A stretch of DNA of 64,000 bases from Bacteroidales bacterium (GCA_016934055.1 JAFGTR010000020.1:628-64627); one strand, 5' to 3'. Positions 28,142 to 37,871 are shown, numbered from the stretch's first letter. Notes: generated by a model from the letters alone, not told the origin. Numbers and translations are program-made.

Positions 28142-29617
28142 ATGAGTGTTTACAGAAAATTGGGTGGTCAGACGTTAATCTACGGACTTGGGAATATAAT
28201 ACCCAGGATGCTGAATTATGCCATATTGACGTTTTATTATACACGACGGTTTTCAGTTGAAGAGTATGGAATGATTACAGAACTCTATGCTTATGTTGCC
28301 ATATTGATGGTGATTTTAACATATGGCATGGAAACAGGGTTATTCAGGTTTTCTTCGTTAAAAGGGAATGTTCAGAAGGTGTTTGGAATGTCATTCATCT
28401 CGGTTACAACGACATCAGTAATATTTATGATCATTGTGCTTGTTATTTATAAAAAGCTGGCAGTTATGATAAAATATGAAGCACATCCGGAATATATTGC
28501 ATTATTGGGTGTGATCATAAGTATTGATGCCATTACGGCTATTGTATTTGCAAAAATACGCATGATGGAAAAGGTTAGAAAATTTGCTTACATAAAAATA
28601 TTGAATGTTGTTGCAACGATAGTTTTCGTTATGTTGTTTCTTGAAGTATTGCCAGAAATATCAATTATTGAGCGTTGGGCATTTTATGAAAAATACATGA
28701 AAGGCATAGAAGTCGGTTATGTGTTCATAGCAAATCTGATGGCCAGTATATTGATATTGATTGTTTTATTGCCAGAATATGTTAAAGTCAGAATAAAATT
28801 TGACATTTCTTTGTTAAAGGGATTGTTAAAATATTCAATTCCGCTTTTATTTGTAGGATTAGCAGGAATGTTAAATGAAACAATAGAAAGAATACTGTTG
28901 CGTTTTTTTCTGCCTGACCAGTATAATGTATTGTATGAAATTGGGATATATGGTGCAAATTACAGAATAGCATTATTGATGACCTTGTTCATTCAGATGT
29001 TCAGATATGCAGCTGAACCATTTTTTTTCGTACATTACAATAAGAAGGAATCAAAGGAGATTTATGCCAACGTTCTGAAATATTTCATCATATTTTGTTT
29101 ACTTATATTTTTGTTTGTAATGGTGTATCTTGACCTGATAAAATACTTTATCGACAGTAAGTTTTATTCTGGTCTTCATATCGTTGGCATAATATTGGTG
29201 GCGAATATTATATTGGGTATTTTGTTCAATGTCAATATGTGGTATAAATTAACCGGAAAAACACATTATGGAATATACATTACAGGTTTAGGGGCTTTAT
29301 TAACAATTGTTCTGAATATTATTTTTATTCCGCGGTATAGTTATGTGGCATGTGCATGGATTCATCTGTTAAGCAATACGGTAATGATGGTCATTACTTT
29401 GATGCTTGGAAATAAGTATTATAAAATTAAGTATGACTATAAGAGAATAGTTGAAATTGTTATAGTAGCAGGGTGTTTATACAGTGTATTTTATTTGGTA
29501 AAATCAGATGTTATTGGGAGGAATTTGTTTATTGGTACACTGATACTGATGGCTTTTACATATTATTGCATAAAAAGAGAAAAGCTCATTCAAATATTTT
29601 TAAAGAAAGAAACATGA
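28142..29617 (+). CDS. polysaccharide biosynthesis / oligosaccharide flippase family protein (MOP superfamily)
   Basis: 491 aa with about 14 hydrophobic helices. The N-terminus [32 protein letters not shown] is typical of Wzx/MurJ-like flippases. Confidence 0.7.
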   Translation: MSVYRKLGGQTLIYGLGNIIPRMLNYAILTFYYTRRFSVEEYGMITELYAYVAILMVILTYGMETGLFRFSSLKGNVQKVFGMSFISVTTTSVIFMIIVLVIYKKLAVMIKYEAHPEYIALLGVIISIDAITAIVFAKIRMMEKVRKFAYIKILNVVATIVFVMLFLEVLPEISIIERWAFYEKYMKGIEVGYVFIANLMASILILIVLLPEYVKVRIKFDISLLKGLLKYSIPLLFVGLAGMLNETIERILLRFFLPDQYNVLYEIGIYGANYRIALLMTLFIQMFRYAAEPFFFVHYNKKESKEIYANVLKYFIIFCLLIFLFVMVYLDLIKYFIDSKFYSGLHIVGIILVANIILGILFNVNMWYKLTGKTHYGIYITGLGALLTIVLNIIFIPRYSYVACAWIHLLSNTVMMVITLMLGNKYYKIKYDYKRIVEIVIVAGCLYSVFYLVKSDVIGRNLFIGTLILMAFTYYCIKREKLIQIFLKKET

Positions 29618-30057
29618 AGGTTAAAATAATTAACAGGTCAAAACATGGTTTACCGGAATATAAAACACTGTTGTCTGCGGGAATGGATATTAATGCTGAT
29701 ATTGAAGAAGAAATTGTAATAAAACCACTGCAAAGGTATTTGATACCAACAGGTTTGTTCATAGAATTGCCGGCAGGCTATGAGGCTCAGATAAGGCCAA
29801 GAAGCGGACTTTGTATAAAAGAAGGAATTACAGTATTAAATTCACCGGGTACGATAGATGCAGATTACAGGGGAGAGATAAAGATTATTGTAATAAATCT
29901 GTCAGAAAATAATTATACTGTTCATGATGGCGAAAGAATATGCCAGATGGTTATACAAAGGCATGAAAGGATAGATTGGGAAGTTGTAGAAGAATTGAAC
30001 AATACCGAAAGAGGAGAAGGTGGTTTTGGTCATACAGGCATAAAGAAGGAGAAATAA
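29614..30057 (+). CDS. dut: dUTP diphosphatase
   Basis: The track ORF starts at 29473. The real start is the ATG at 29614, forming an ATGA overlap with the flippase stop. Motifs [22 protein letters not shown] and [11 protein letters not shown] are present. Confidence 0.95.
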   Translation: MKVKIINRSKHGLPEYKTLLSAGMDINADIEEEIVIKPLQRYLIPTGLFIELPAGYEAQIRPRSGLCIKEGITVLNSPGTIDADYRGEIKIIVINLSENNYTVHDGERICQMVIQRHERIDWEVVEELNNTERGEGGFGHTGIKKEK

Positions 30058-30061
30058 AAAA

Positions 30062-31675
30062 ATGGGTTTAAAAAAGGGAACGGGCATAATAGTTTTATTC
30101 ATCATAGTGTCTTGCATTATAAAAGCACAGGAGAAGCAGACTTTAAATAAAATCAGAGAAGGTTATGAATCAGAATACTATTATGCTTTTACTGAGGCAA
30201 CAAGGCAGATGATTTATCAGAATTATGGACAGGCCCTTTTATTGTACAATAAATGTCTTGAATATAATCCTGGCAGTGCAGCCATAAAATATCAGCTGTC
30301 AATCATTTATTACAGGCTGGGGAAAACAGAGGAGGCGATAAAATTTGGAAAGGAAGCATGCGCAGGTGAATGCAGCAACAGGTGGTATTTGCTGAATTTG
30401 ATAAATATATATAAAACAAATAGTATGATAGACAGTGCTTTGAGGTTAAGTAAAAAGCTGGTGGAAATAGAACCTGAAAGGGTTGAAAATATCATGAATT
30501 TGGCAATGTTGTATCAGATTAATGGAGAGTATGATAAAGCAATGAATGAATATAATGAGATAGAGGAATCATATGGAAAAAGTAAGGAAGTGTATATAAA
30601 CAAATATAAGATATACAGAAGTGCAGAAAAAGATAAGCTGGCTATGGAGCAATTATATTATGCTCATGAGATGGATGAGGATGATATAAATATTGTTGGA
30701 TTGATGGCTGAACATCAAAGGGACAAAGGAAAGAAGAGATTAGCTGAAAAATATTATAGAATTCTGTTAAAGGAAAATGATCATGATCCTGTAACAGTTT
30801 TTTCATATATGGAATTTTTACTGAAATTCAAAAAATATGATGAAGCGGAAAAATTTATGATAACATGCATTGAAGAAAGGTGTGTTGCAAAAGAACATAT
30901 TATGGGTTATTTCATTAACAACTGGGAAAGAGAAAAAGAAAATGTTAAAATACAGGAAGTTTTTAATGAAAGTATGGAGATATTTTATGATAGGAATATG
31001 GAGGATCTCAGAATAAAAGGTCTTTATATTGATAATAAACTGCGAAATGACCAATATGCGGAAGCATCATCAGTTATAAAAGAAGTTTTGGTTTTGGAAG
31101 AAGAAAATTACCGAATATGGGAACAGTTATTGTTTGCAGAAAATGCATTAAATCATTCAGATAGTGTTATTAAATATGGAGAAAAAGTGATAAGGTTATT
31201 TGAAAATGAATCACTTCCCTATCTTTACACTGGTATAGCATATCATTTGAAGAAAAAGGAGGAAGATGCGATAAGATTGCTGGAAAAAGGTATAAGGTAC
31301 ACAGAAAGAGAAAGGGTTTTGCTGCAATACTATATATTTCTTGCAGAAGCCTATAATGAAAATAGTCAGAAGGAGAAGGCATTCGAATGTTATGAGAATG
31401 CATTGACTATTGACAGTAATAATATATTGGTTATGAATAATTATGCTTATTTTCTGGCTATAGCGGAAAAAGATCTGATAAAAGCTGAGAGAATGTCACG
31501 AAGGACCATAGATGAAGAAAAGAGAAACTATGTCTATCTGGATACATATGCCTGGATTATGTATAAGATGAAGAAAATAGAAGAGGCAAGATATTATATC
31601 AAAAAGGCAATCAGATTTGGAGGAAAGAAAAGCAAAGAAGTAATTGATCATTATAATGCTATAATGGTGAAGTAA
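30062..31675 (+). CDS. tetratricopeptide-repeat protein (secreted or periplasmic)
   Basis: 537 aa. N-terminal signal/anchor followed by multiple TPR-like A..Y..AL..dP.n repeats. Confidence 0.6.
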   Translation: MGLKKGTGIIVLFIIVSCIIKAQEKQTLNKIREGYESEYYYAFTEATRQMIYQNYGQALLLYNKCLEYNPGSAAIKYQLSIIYYRLGKTEEAIKFGKEACAGECSNRWYLLNLINIYKTNSMIDSALRLSKKLVEIEPERVENIMNLAMLYQINGEYDKAMNEYNEIEESYGKSKEVYINKYKIYRSAEKDKLAMEQLYYAHEMDEDDINIVGLMAEHQRDKGKKRLAEKYYRILLKENDHDPVTVFSYMEFLLKFKKYDEAEKFMITCIEERCVAKEHIMGYFINNWEREKENVKIQEVFNESMEIFYDRNMEDLRIKGLYIDNKLRNDQYAEASSVIKEVLVLEEENYRIWEQLLFAENALNHSDSVIKYGEKVIRLFENESLPYLYTGIAYHLKKKEEDAIRLLEKGIRYTERERVLLQYYIFLAEAYNENSQKEKAFECYENALTIDSNNILVMNNYAYFLAIAEKDLIKAERMSRRTIDEEKRNYVYLDTYAWIMYKMKKIEEARYYIKKAIRFGGKKSKEVIDHYNAIMVK

Positions 31676-31676
31676 T

Positions 31677-32876
31677 ATGAAAAGATGGAAGGTCATCATA
31701 GTATTTATGGTCATAATGATGGGTATAGTATGCGCATATCCGCAGATAAAAAAGAAAAGTGAACTGGAGAACAACAGGAAAAAGACAATAGAGGAAATTG
31801 AATTAACGTCAAAATTGATAAAGGATACACAGGCTAAAAGTAAGGAATCAACACATGAATTAAATCTGGTCAATCACAAGATAAAGATGCAAAATGCACT
31901 GATAAAAAATATAGAGGAAGAGATAGAATTTGTTGATAAGCAAATAAATGAAAACAATAACAGGATCAGCGAAATAGAAAATAATCAGGAAAAAATAAAG
32001 AGGAATTATGCAAGATCGATATACATGACATACAAAAACAGGCAAAAAGAGAATTTATTATTATATGTTCTGGCAAGCGAAAATATGAACCAGGCTTATA
32101 AAAGATTCAGATATATGCAAATTATTAATTTATACAGAAGAAGGCAGATTAATATGCTAAAAGAATTAAAAGGTAATTTGGACGAAGAAAACAGAATATT
32201 GGAAGAAAGAAAAAAGGAAAAAATTGAATTACAGAATCAGAATCAGAGGCAGAAAGATATTCTGGCAAAAGAAAAGGGAAAGAAAAAAGTATTGGTGAGC
32301 AGTTTGCAAAAAAAGGAAAGAGAATTAAGAAAGGAATTAGAGAAGAAAAAACAAATAGCAAGAGAGTTAGAAAGAGAGATAGAAAGAATTATACAGGAAG
32401 AAAGAAGAAAAAGTGCAAAAGGTAATATTTATGCAACTTTAACAAAAGAAGATAAGCTGATAAGTGATGAATTTGGAAAAAATTACGGGAGATTACCATG
32501 GCCGACAATGCAAGGTATTATTGTTGGAAAATTCGGAGAGCAGGATCATCCGACGATTAAAGGCATTAAAATAAGAAATGACGGAATATATATAGCAACA
32601 ATAAAAAACGCTGAAGTGAGAAGTATTTTTAAAGGTGTTGTGACAAAGGTTTTTACAATACCAGGAGCAAATTATACAGTTATCATAAGACATGGAAATT
32701 TTTATACATTGTATCATAATTTAAACAATGTCAGAGTATCTGCAGGAAGGGAGGTTGATACAAAGGAGGTTATAGGATTGGTATCAAATGATCCTGAAAG
32801 GAATGAAAGTATATTGCATTTTCAGGTATGGAAGGAAACAGAAAGAAATGACCCTGAATTATGGTTATCAAGATAG
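31677..32876 (+). CDS. coiled-coil + LytM/M23 peptidase-domain protein (EnvC-like murein hydrolase activator)
   Basis: 399 aa. Signal/anchor, a long Lys/Glu-rich coiled coil, and a C-terminal M23-type domain (LPWP ... IRNDGIYI ... VIIRHGNFYTLYHNL ... ILHFQVW). Confidence 0.75.
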   Translation: MKRWKVIIVFMVIMMGIVCAYPQIKKKSELENNRKKTIEEIELTSKLIKDTQAKSKESTHELNLVNHKIKMQNALIKNIEEEIEFVDKQINENNNRISEIENNQEKIKRNYARSIYMTYKNRQKENLLLYVLASENMNQAYKRFRYMQIINLYRRRQINMLKELKGNLDEENRILEERKKEKIELQNQNQRQKDILAKEKGKKKVLVSSLQKKERELRKELEKKKQIARELEREIERIIQEERRKSAKGNIYATLTKEDKLISDEFGKNYGRLPWPTMQGIIVGKFGEQDHPTIKGIKIRNDGIYIATIKNAEVRSIFKGVVTKVFTIPGANYTVIIRHGNFYTLYHNLNNVRVSAGREVDTKEVIGLVSNDPERNESILHFQVWKETERNDPELWLSR

Positions 32877-32985
32877 ATTATAAAATGTAATTCTTTTTTT
32901 ACTAATTTTGATGAATTATTGAGAAAAAGGGTAACAAAAAGGTTTAGATTGAAGTATATTAGAAGTGAATAGAAAAAGAAATTAA

Positions 32986-33384
32986 ATGAAAAAATCACTT
33001 AAAATAACATCTAAAATAGAAAACCTGAGAAAGGTTGAAAAGTTAGTGGATGAAATATCAGCTGAATATAAGATAAGTTCAGACATATATGGCAATATTC
33101 TGATCGCTGCGTTGGAAGCTGCTAACAATGCTATACTTCACGGAAATAAGCTGGACGAAGGTAAGATGGTCAATATAGAAGTTGAAAAGGAAGAGAAGAT
33201 TTTAAAGATACAGATTGATGATGAAGGGAATGGATTTGATTATAAAAATATTCCGGATCCAACAGCACCGGAAAATATAGAGAATGTTAACGGGAGAGGA
33301 ATATTTCTGATGGAGAAGTTGTCTGATAAAATTGAATTTTCAAGAAACGGGGCAAGAGTAGAATTGGAATTCAATTTATCATAA
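32986..33384 (+). CDS. anti-sigma regulatory factor-type Ser/Thr kinase (HATPase_c_2, RsbW/SpoIIAB-like)
   Basis: 132 aa. N-box ALEAANNAILHGN and G-boxes DDEGNGFD and GRGIFLM. No STAS or sigma gene is adjacent. Confidence 0.65.
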   Translation: MKKSLKITSKIENLRKVEKLVDEISAEYKISSDIYGNILIAALEAANNAILHGNKLDEGKMVNIEVEKEEKILKIQIDDEGNGFDYKNIPDPTAPENIENVNGRGIFLMEKLSDKIEFSRNGARVELEFNLS

Positions 33385-33385
33385 A

Positions 33386-33817
33386 TTGGCAATACGAATT
33401 GAAAATAGGGAGATCATAGAGGAGGACATTGGAACAGGGAAAATACGAAGCATTATAGAAGTATTGTTAAAGGAAGAAAGAAAGAGGTTAGGCACAATAG
33501 AGATAGTATTGTTAAAAGATCATCAATTACTGGAAATTAACAGGAATTATTTGGGCCATAATTATTATACGGATGTTATAACATTCAGTTATAACCGGAA
33601 AGATATTGTAAAAGGGGATGTATTAATAAGTGTGGATTCTGTTAAAAGAAACGCCATAAAGTTTAAACAAAATTTAGCAGATGAGTTGGTGAGGGTTATA
33701 ATACACGGGGTATTGCATATTATTGGATATACAGATGAAAATAGAGAAAACAGAGAAAAAATGAGAATAAGAGAAGATGAGTATTTAAAAAAATATAAGG
33801 AAGAAAGAAATGGATGA
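33386..33817 (+). CDS. ybeY: rRNA maturation RNase YbeY
   Basis: 143 aa with a TTG start. Metal motif HGVLHIIGYTDE. Confidence 0.85.
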   Translation: MAIRIENREIIEEDIGTGKIRSIIEVLLKEERKRLGTIEIVLLKDHQLLEINRNYLGHNYYTDVITFSYNRKDIVKGDVLISVDSVKRNAIKFKQNLADELVRVIIHGVLHIIGYTDENRENREKMRIREDEYLKKYKEERNG

Positions 33818-35681
33818 TGTTTATGACATCATAGTCGTAGGGGCAGGACATGCAGGATGTGAGGCGGCAAGTGCACCGGCAATCATGGGATCAAAGGTCT
33901 TGTTGATTACAATGGATATGACAAAAATGGCGCAAATGTCATGTAATCCGGCAATGGGAGGAATTGCAAAGGGACAGATTATCAGGGAAATTGATGCATT
34001 GGGAGGTTATTCCGGAATTGTTACAGACTTATCAATGATTCAGTTCAGAATGCTAAACAGGTCAAAGGGACCTGCAGTTTGGAGTCCAAGGGCACAATGT
34101 GATAGAATGATGTTTTCAAGTGAATGGAGAAATGTCATAGAGAAGAATAGAAATATTGATTTATGGCAGGATAATGTTAACGAATTAATCATAAGGAAAG
34201 ATACGGTGGTTGGGGTAAGAACAGTACTGGGAAATGAATTTAGAGCAAAATGTGTAATATTAACAAACGGAACATTTGAAAATGGATTGATTCATATCGG
34301 AAAAAGGAATCAGGAAGGCGGAAGGATTTCTGAACCCGTTTCAAAAGGAATATCAACACAATTAAGAAAAATTGGTTTTGAAATTGGACGTATGAAAACG
34401 GGAACACCGGCAAGAATTGACGGAAGAACGGTCAATTTCGCCATCATAGAAGAACAAAAAGGAGATGAAGACATACGATCGTTTTCATTTTTAGAAACAA
34501 AATTGCCGGAAAGACAAAGAAGTTGTTATATAACATATACAAATGAAGAAACACATAAAATATTAAGGAAGGGATTTGAAGATTCGCCATTGTACAATGG
34601 AACGATAAAAGGTATTGGCCCGCGATATTGTCCAAGCATAGAAAGTAAACTGGTTACATTTGCTGAGAGAGATAAGCATCAACTGTTTTTAGAACCGGAA
34701 GGATGGAATACGGTAGAGTATTATCTGAACGGGTTTTCTTCATCACTTTCAAAAGAAATTCAATATGAAGCTTTGAAAACAATAAGAGGACTTGAAAATG
34801 CAAAAATTTTCAGACCGGGATATGCTATAGAATATGATTATTATCCGCCAACGCAGTTAAAATATACAATGGAAACAAAATCAATAAAAAATTTATACTT
34901 TGCAGGTCAAATTAATGGAACAACAGGATATGAGGAAGCTGCGGCACAAGGTATTATAGCTGGTATAAATGCACATCTCAGAATAAATCGAAATGATCCA
35001 TTTATATTGGGAAGAGATGAAGCATATATTGGCGTATTAATAGATGATTTGGTAACAAAGGGAGTGGACGAACCATACAGAATGTTTACTTCGAGAGCGG
35101 AATACAGAATTATGTTAAGGCAGGATAATGCAGATGAAAGATTGACTGAAAGATCAGTGCGTATTGGTTTAGCAAGCAAAGAGCGATTAAAGAGATTGAA
35201 TGATAAAATAAAAAAGAAAATAAGAATAGTAAACGCCGTTACAAATGAAAGTATTGAGCCGAATAAGATTAATCAATATCTTAGGGAAAAGAGAACAGCT
35301 GAAATAAATCAAAAGGTTAAACTTTATAGTTTAATATTAAGACCAGAGATAAAAATTGAAGATTTAATTGTGTATATGCATGGAAAAATAGGTGAAGAAA
35401 GAATAGATATAAAGGAAGAAAAGGATTTAATAGAAACAACTGAAATAGAAATAAAATATAAAGGATATATTAAAAGAGAAGCTGGTATAGCTGAAAAAAT
35501 AAAAAGACTTGAAGATATTATTATTGATGGAAAGATAAATTATGATAAATTAAAGGCAATATCAACAGAGGCAAGGCAAAAACTGAAAAGAATAAAGCCT
35601 GTAACTATTGGCCAGGCAAGCAGAATATCAGGTGTTTCACCAAGTGATATTAATGTCATATTGTTGCATATAGGAAGATGA
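33810..35681 (+). CDS. mnmG: tRNA uridine-5-carboxymethylaminomethyl(34) synthesis enzyme MnmG
   Basis: 623 aa. FAD motif DIIVVGAGHAGCEAA, GPRYCPSIE and FAGQINGTTGYEEAAAQG. Confidence 0.95.
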   Translation: MDDVYDIIVVGAGHAGCEAASAPAIMGSKVLLITMDMTKMAQMSCNPAMGGIAKGQIIREIDALGGYSGIVTDLSMIQFRMLNRSKGPAVWSPRAQCDRMMFSSEWRNVIEKNRNIDLWQDNVNELIIRKDTVVGVRTVLGNEFRAKCVILTNGTFENGLIHIGKRNQEGGRISEPVSKGISTQLRKIGFEIGRMKTGTPARIDGRTVNFAIIEEQKGDEDIRSFSFLETKLPERQRSCYITYTNEETHKILRKGFEDSPLYNGTIKGIGPRYCPSIESKLVTFAERDKHQLFLEPEGWNTVEYYLNGFSSSLSKEIQYEALKTIRGLENAKIFRPGYAIEYDYYPPTQLKYTMETKSIKNLYFAGQINGTTGYEEAAAQGIIAGINAHLRINRNDPFILGRDEAYIGVLIDDLVTKGVDEPYRMFTSRAEYRIMLRQDNADERLTERSVRIGLASKERLKRLNDKIKKKIRIVNAVTNESIEPNKINQYLREKRTAEINQKVKLYSLILRPEIKIEDLIVYMHGKIGEERIDIKEEKDLIETTEIEIKYKGYIKREAGIAEKIKRLEDIIIDGKINYDKLKAISTEARQKLKRIKPVTIGQASRISGVSPSDINVILLHIGR

Positions 35682-35697
35682 TGTTCCACGTGGAACA
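35682..35697. terminator. perfect 16-nt palindrome tgttccacgtggaaca immediately after the mnmG stop; possible terminator hairpin
   Basis: Read directly. A 6-bp stem with a 4-nt loop, followed by the moderately T-rich attatattgtttatg. It sits at the right edge of the codon-usage block. Confidence 0.4.
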
Positions 35698-35726
35698 ATT
35701 ATATTGTTTATGATTGATTTTCAGTC

Positions 35727-37529
35727 TTGAATGAAGTTTTGATTAAAACGATAATTGCAGGCATTCCGGAAAAGCCCGGGATTTACCAGTTCTTCAGCCG
35801 GGATAGGGAACTTTTGTATGTTGGAAAAGCAAAGAATTTAAAAAAGCGGGTAGCTTCCTATTTTAATCGTACGACTTCGCAGAGTCGGAAGCTTCAAATG
35901 CTGGTTCATAAAATAGCTGATATAATATACATCATTGTTGATACTGAGTCGGATGCCCTGTTATTAGAAAATAATCTTATTAAAAAGCATCAGCCCCGGT
36001 ATAATGTTATGTTAAAAGATGATAAAACTTTTCCATGGATTTGCGTAAAAAATGAAAGGTTTCCCAGAGTTTTTGCTACAAGAAGATTTGAAAAGGATGA
36101 TTCAATGTATTTTGGTCCTTATACATCGATGGTCATGGTGAAAACCATAATGGATTTGATCAGGAAGTTGTATCCGTTAAGAACATGTTCATATAATCTT
36201 AGTGAGGAAAACATCAACAAAGGGAAATTCAGAGTTTGTCTTGAGTATCACCTGAATAATTGCAAAGGTCCTTGTGAAAAGCTGCAAAGTGTTGAAGAAT
36301 ATAATGCAGGAATAAAGCAGATTAGAGATATTTTGGGAGGTAATCTTACAGCCGTTATGCACCATCTGACAAGAGCCATGAAAATTTACGCGTCAGAATA
36401 TCGCTTTGAGGAAGCAGAAATTATGAAGCAAAAAATCAATTTGCTGAAGAGATATCAAAGCAGATCAACAGTGGTCAATACACGAATAACAAATGTTGAT
36501 GTTTTTACGATTGCATTAAATGATAAATATGCCGCGGTAAATTATTTTAAAGTTATTAATGGTGCTATTATTCAATCCCATAATGTAGAGCTTGTTCACA
36601 AGCTTGATGAAAGCAGGGAAGATTTACTTGCACTGGCCATAACAGAGATTATTCATAAGTTCAACAGTAATCCAAAGGAAATTATCGTGCCTTTTCAAAT
36701 AGATAGATCTTTTATTAAAACGAAAGTCACTGTTCCAAAAACGGGTGATAAAAAGAAATTGCTGGAGCTTTCGTCACGCAATTCAAAGGCTTATTTGTCA
36801 GACAGACAAAATATTAGAAGAAGTCAGGACAGAAAATCCACTGTCACAAGGGTTCTTCAAAAGGTTCAGGAAGATCTCAGGTTGATATCTTTACCAGGGT
36901 ATATTGAATGTTTTGATAATTCCAATATTCAGGGTGCTCAGCCGGTTGCTTCATGTGTCGTTTTTAAAGACGGAAAACCAGTTCGTTCTGAATACCGTCA
37001 TTTTAATGTTAAGACGGTAATCGGACCGGATGATTATGCCTCAATGCAGGAAATTGTCTTAAGGCGTTATAAAAGACTTCTTGATGAGAAAAAAACTCTT
37101 CCTGATCTTATCATCATCGATGGCGGAAAGGGACAATTGAATGCTGCACTGGAAAGCCTCGAATCACTGAAACTGAAAGGAAAAATTTCAATCATTGCCA
37201 TAGCCAAAAAACTTGAAGAGATTTATGTGCCACATGATCCTTTCCCGGTATATTTAGACAAAAATTCGACAAGTTTAAAATTTATTCAAAGAATTCGCAA
37301 TGAGGCCCATCGATTTGGAATAGCATTTCATCGGCATAAAAGAAGCACTGCCATGCTTCAATCTCAACTGGATCAAATCAAGGGTGTTGGTCAAAAAACA
37401 AAGGCTAAACTGTTAATGTATTTTGGTGATATTGAAAGCATTAAAGGATCAGAAAAAAGCGTGCTTGAAGATATAGTAGGCCGTAAACAAGCCGGCATTG
37501 TTCACGAATATTTCCACCCACAGATATAG
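35727..37529 (+). CDS. uvrC: excinuclease ABC subunit C
   Basis: 600 aa with a TTG start. GIY-YIG (PGIYQFF ... LYVGKAKNLKKRVASYF), a UVR domain, an endonuclease domain and a C-terminal (HhH)2. Confidence 0.95.
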   Translation: MNEVLIKTIIAGIPEKPGIYQFFSRDRELLYVGKAKNLKKRVASYFNRTTSQSRKLQMLVHKIADIIYIIVDTESDALLLENNLIKKHQPRYNVMLKDDKTFPWICVKNERFPRVFATRRFEKDDSMYFGPYTSMVMVKTIMDLIRKLYPLRTCSYNLSEENINKGKFRVCLEYHLNNCKGPCEKLQSVEEYNAGIKQIRDILGGNLTAVMHHLTRAMKIYASEYRFEEAEIMKQKINLLKRYQSRSTVVNTRITNVDVFTIALNDKYAAVNYFKVINGAIIQSHNVELVHKLDESREDLLALAITEIIHKFNSNPKEIIVPFQIDRSFIKTKVTVPKTGDKKKLLELSSRNSKAYLSDRQNIRRSQDRKSTVTRVLQKVQEDLRLISLPGYIECFDNSNIQGAQPVASCVVFKDGKPVRSEYRHFNVKTVIGPDDYASMQEIVLRRYKRLLDEKKTLPDLIIIDGGKGQLNAALESLESLKLKGKISIIAIAKKLEEIYVPHDPFPVYLDKNSTSLKFIQRIRNEAHRFGIAFHRHKRSTAMLQSQLDQIKGVGQKTKAKLLMYFGDIESIKGSEKSVLEDIVGRKQAGIVHEYFHPQI

Positions 37530-37535
37530 AATCAA

Positions 37536-37567
37536 GCCTGCCTGCGCCGATGCTTCATCAGGCAGGC
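37536..37567. repeat. 9-bp perfect hairpin gcctgcctg-N14-caggcaggc just downstream of uvrC
   Basis: Read directly. It starts 7 nt after the uvrC stop and has no U-tract. Confidence 0.6.
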
Positions 37568-37620
37568 CAAAGCGAATGCCAGCGCACTTCAGTAATAAAA
37601 GCATCATTTCAATTTTAGTA

Positions 37621-37737
37621 CAGTGTTATGTTAAGTCCAGACTGGCGGTTGGTCATTCCGAATTTATTTCGGAATCTCAGGGGATGATGAAATAAATTCA
37701 GCATGACGATGAACATATTAAAGTTAACATAACACTG
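37621..37737. repeat. 117-bp element bounded by perfect 14-bp inverted repeats (cagtgttatgttaa / ttaacataacactg) with nested inner hairpins; MITE-like or a long structured RNA
   Basis: IRs at 37621-37634 and 37724-37737. Inside, attccgaa-tttat-ttcggaat is a perfect 8-bp hairpin. In addition, gtcattccgaatttatttc pairs (17/19) with gaaataaattcagcatgac. Confidence 0.65.
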
Positions 37738-37762
37738 GTGAAAGGAAAGGGACAAGGAACAT

Positions 37763-37778
37763 AGACCTGGCAGGGTCT
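37763..37778. repeat. hairpin word agacc-tggcag-ggtct, third copy of the 4988/5008 repeat
   Basis: Read directly. Confidence 0.7.
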
Positions 37779-37871
37779 GATTCCAAATCAAAATGAATTG
37801 TCGAATGTCAACGAATTATTTTCCGGGTAAAAGTTATTATGATGAACCCAGGCTTTGGGAAAAGCTCATCT

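Noticed and set aside
22279-35726. Genomic island, prophage or ICE explanation for the compositionally distinct block
   Set aside because: There is no integrase, transposase, phage or conjugation gene, no flanking tRNA and no direct repeats. The cargo is single-copy core genes (pheS, ruvB, mnmG, dut, ybeY). Chimera or homologous replacement fits better, as set out in the findings.
37498-37695. 65-aa ORF overlapping the uvrC 3' end and the inverted-repeat cluster
   Set aside because: It is encoded entirely by hairpin and IR sequence (…PACADASSGRP…GHSEFISESQ), which is the typical spurious translation of palindromic repeats.
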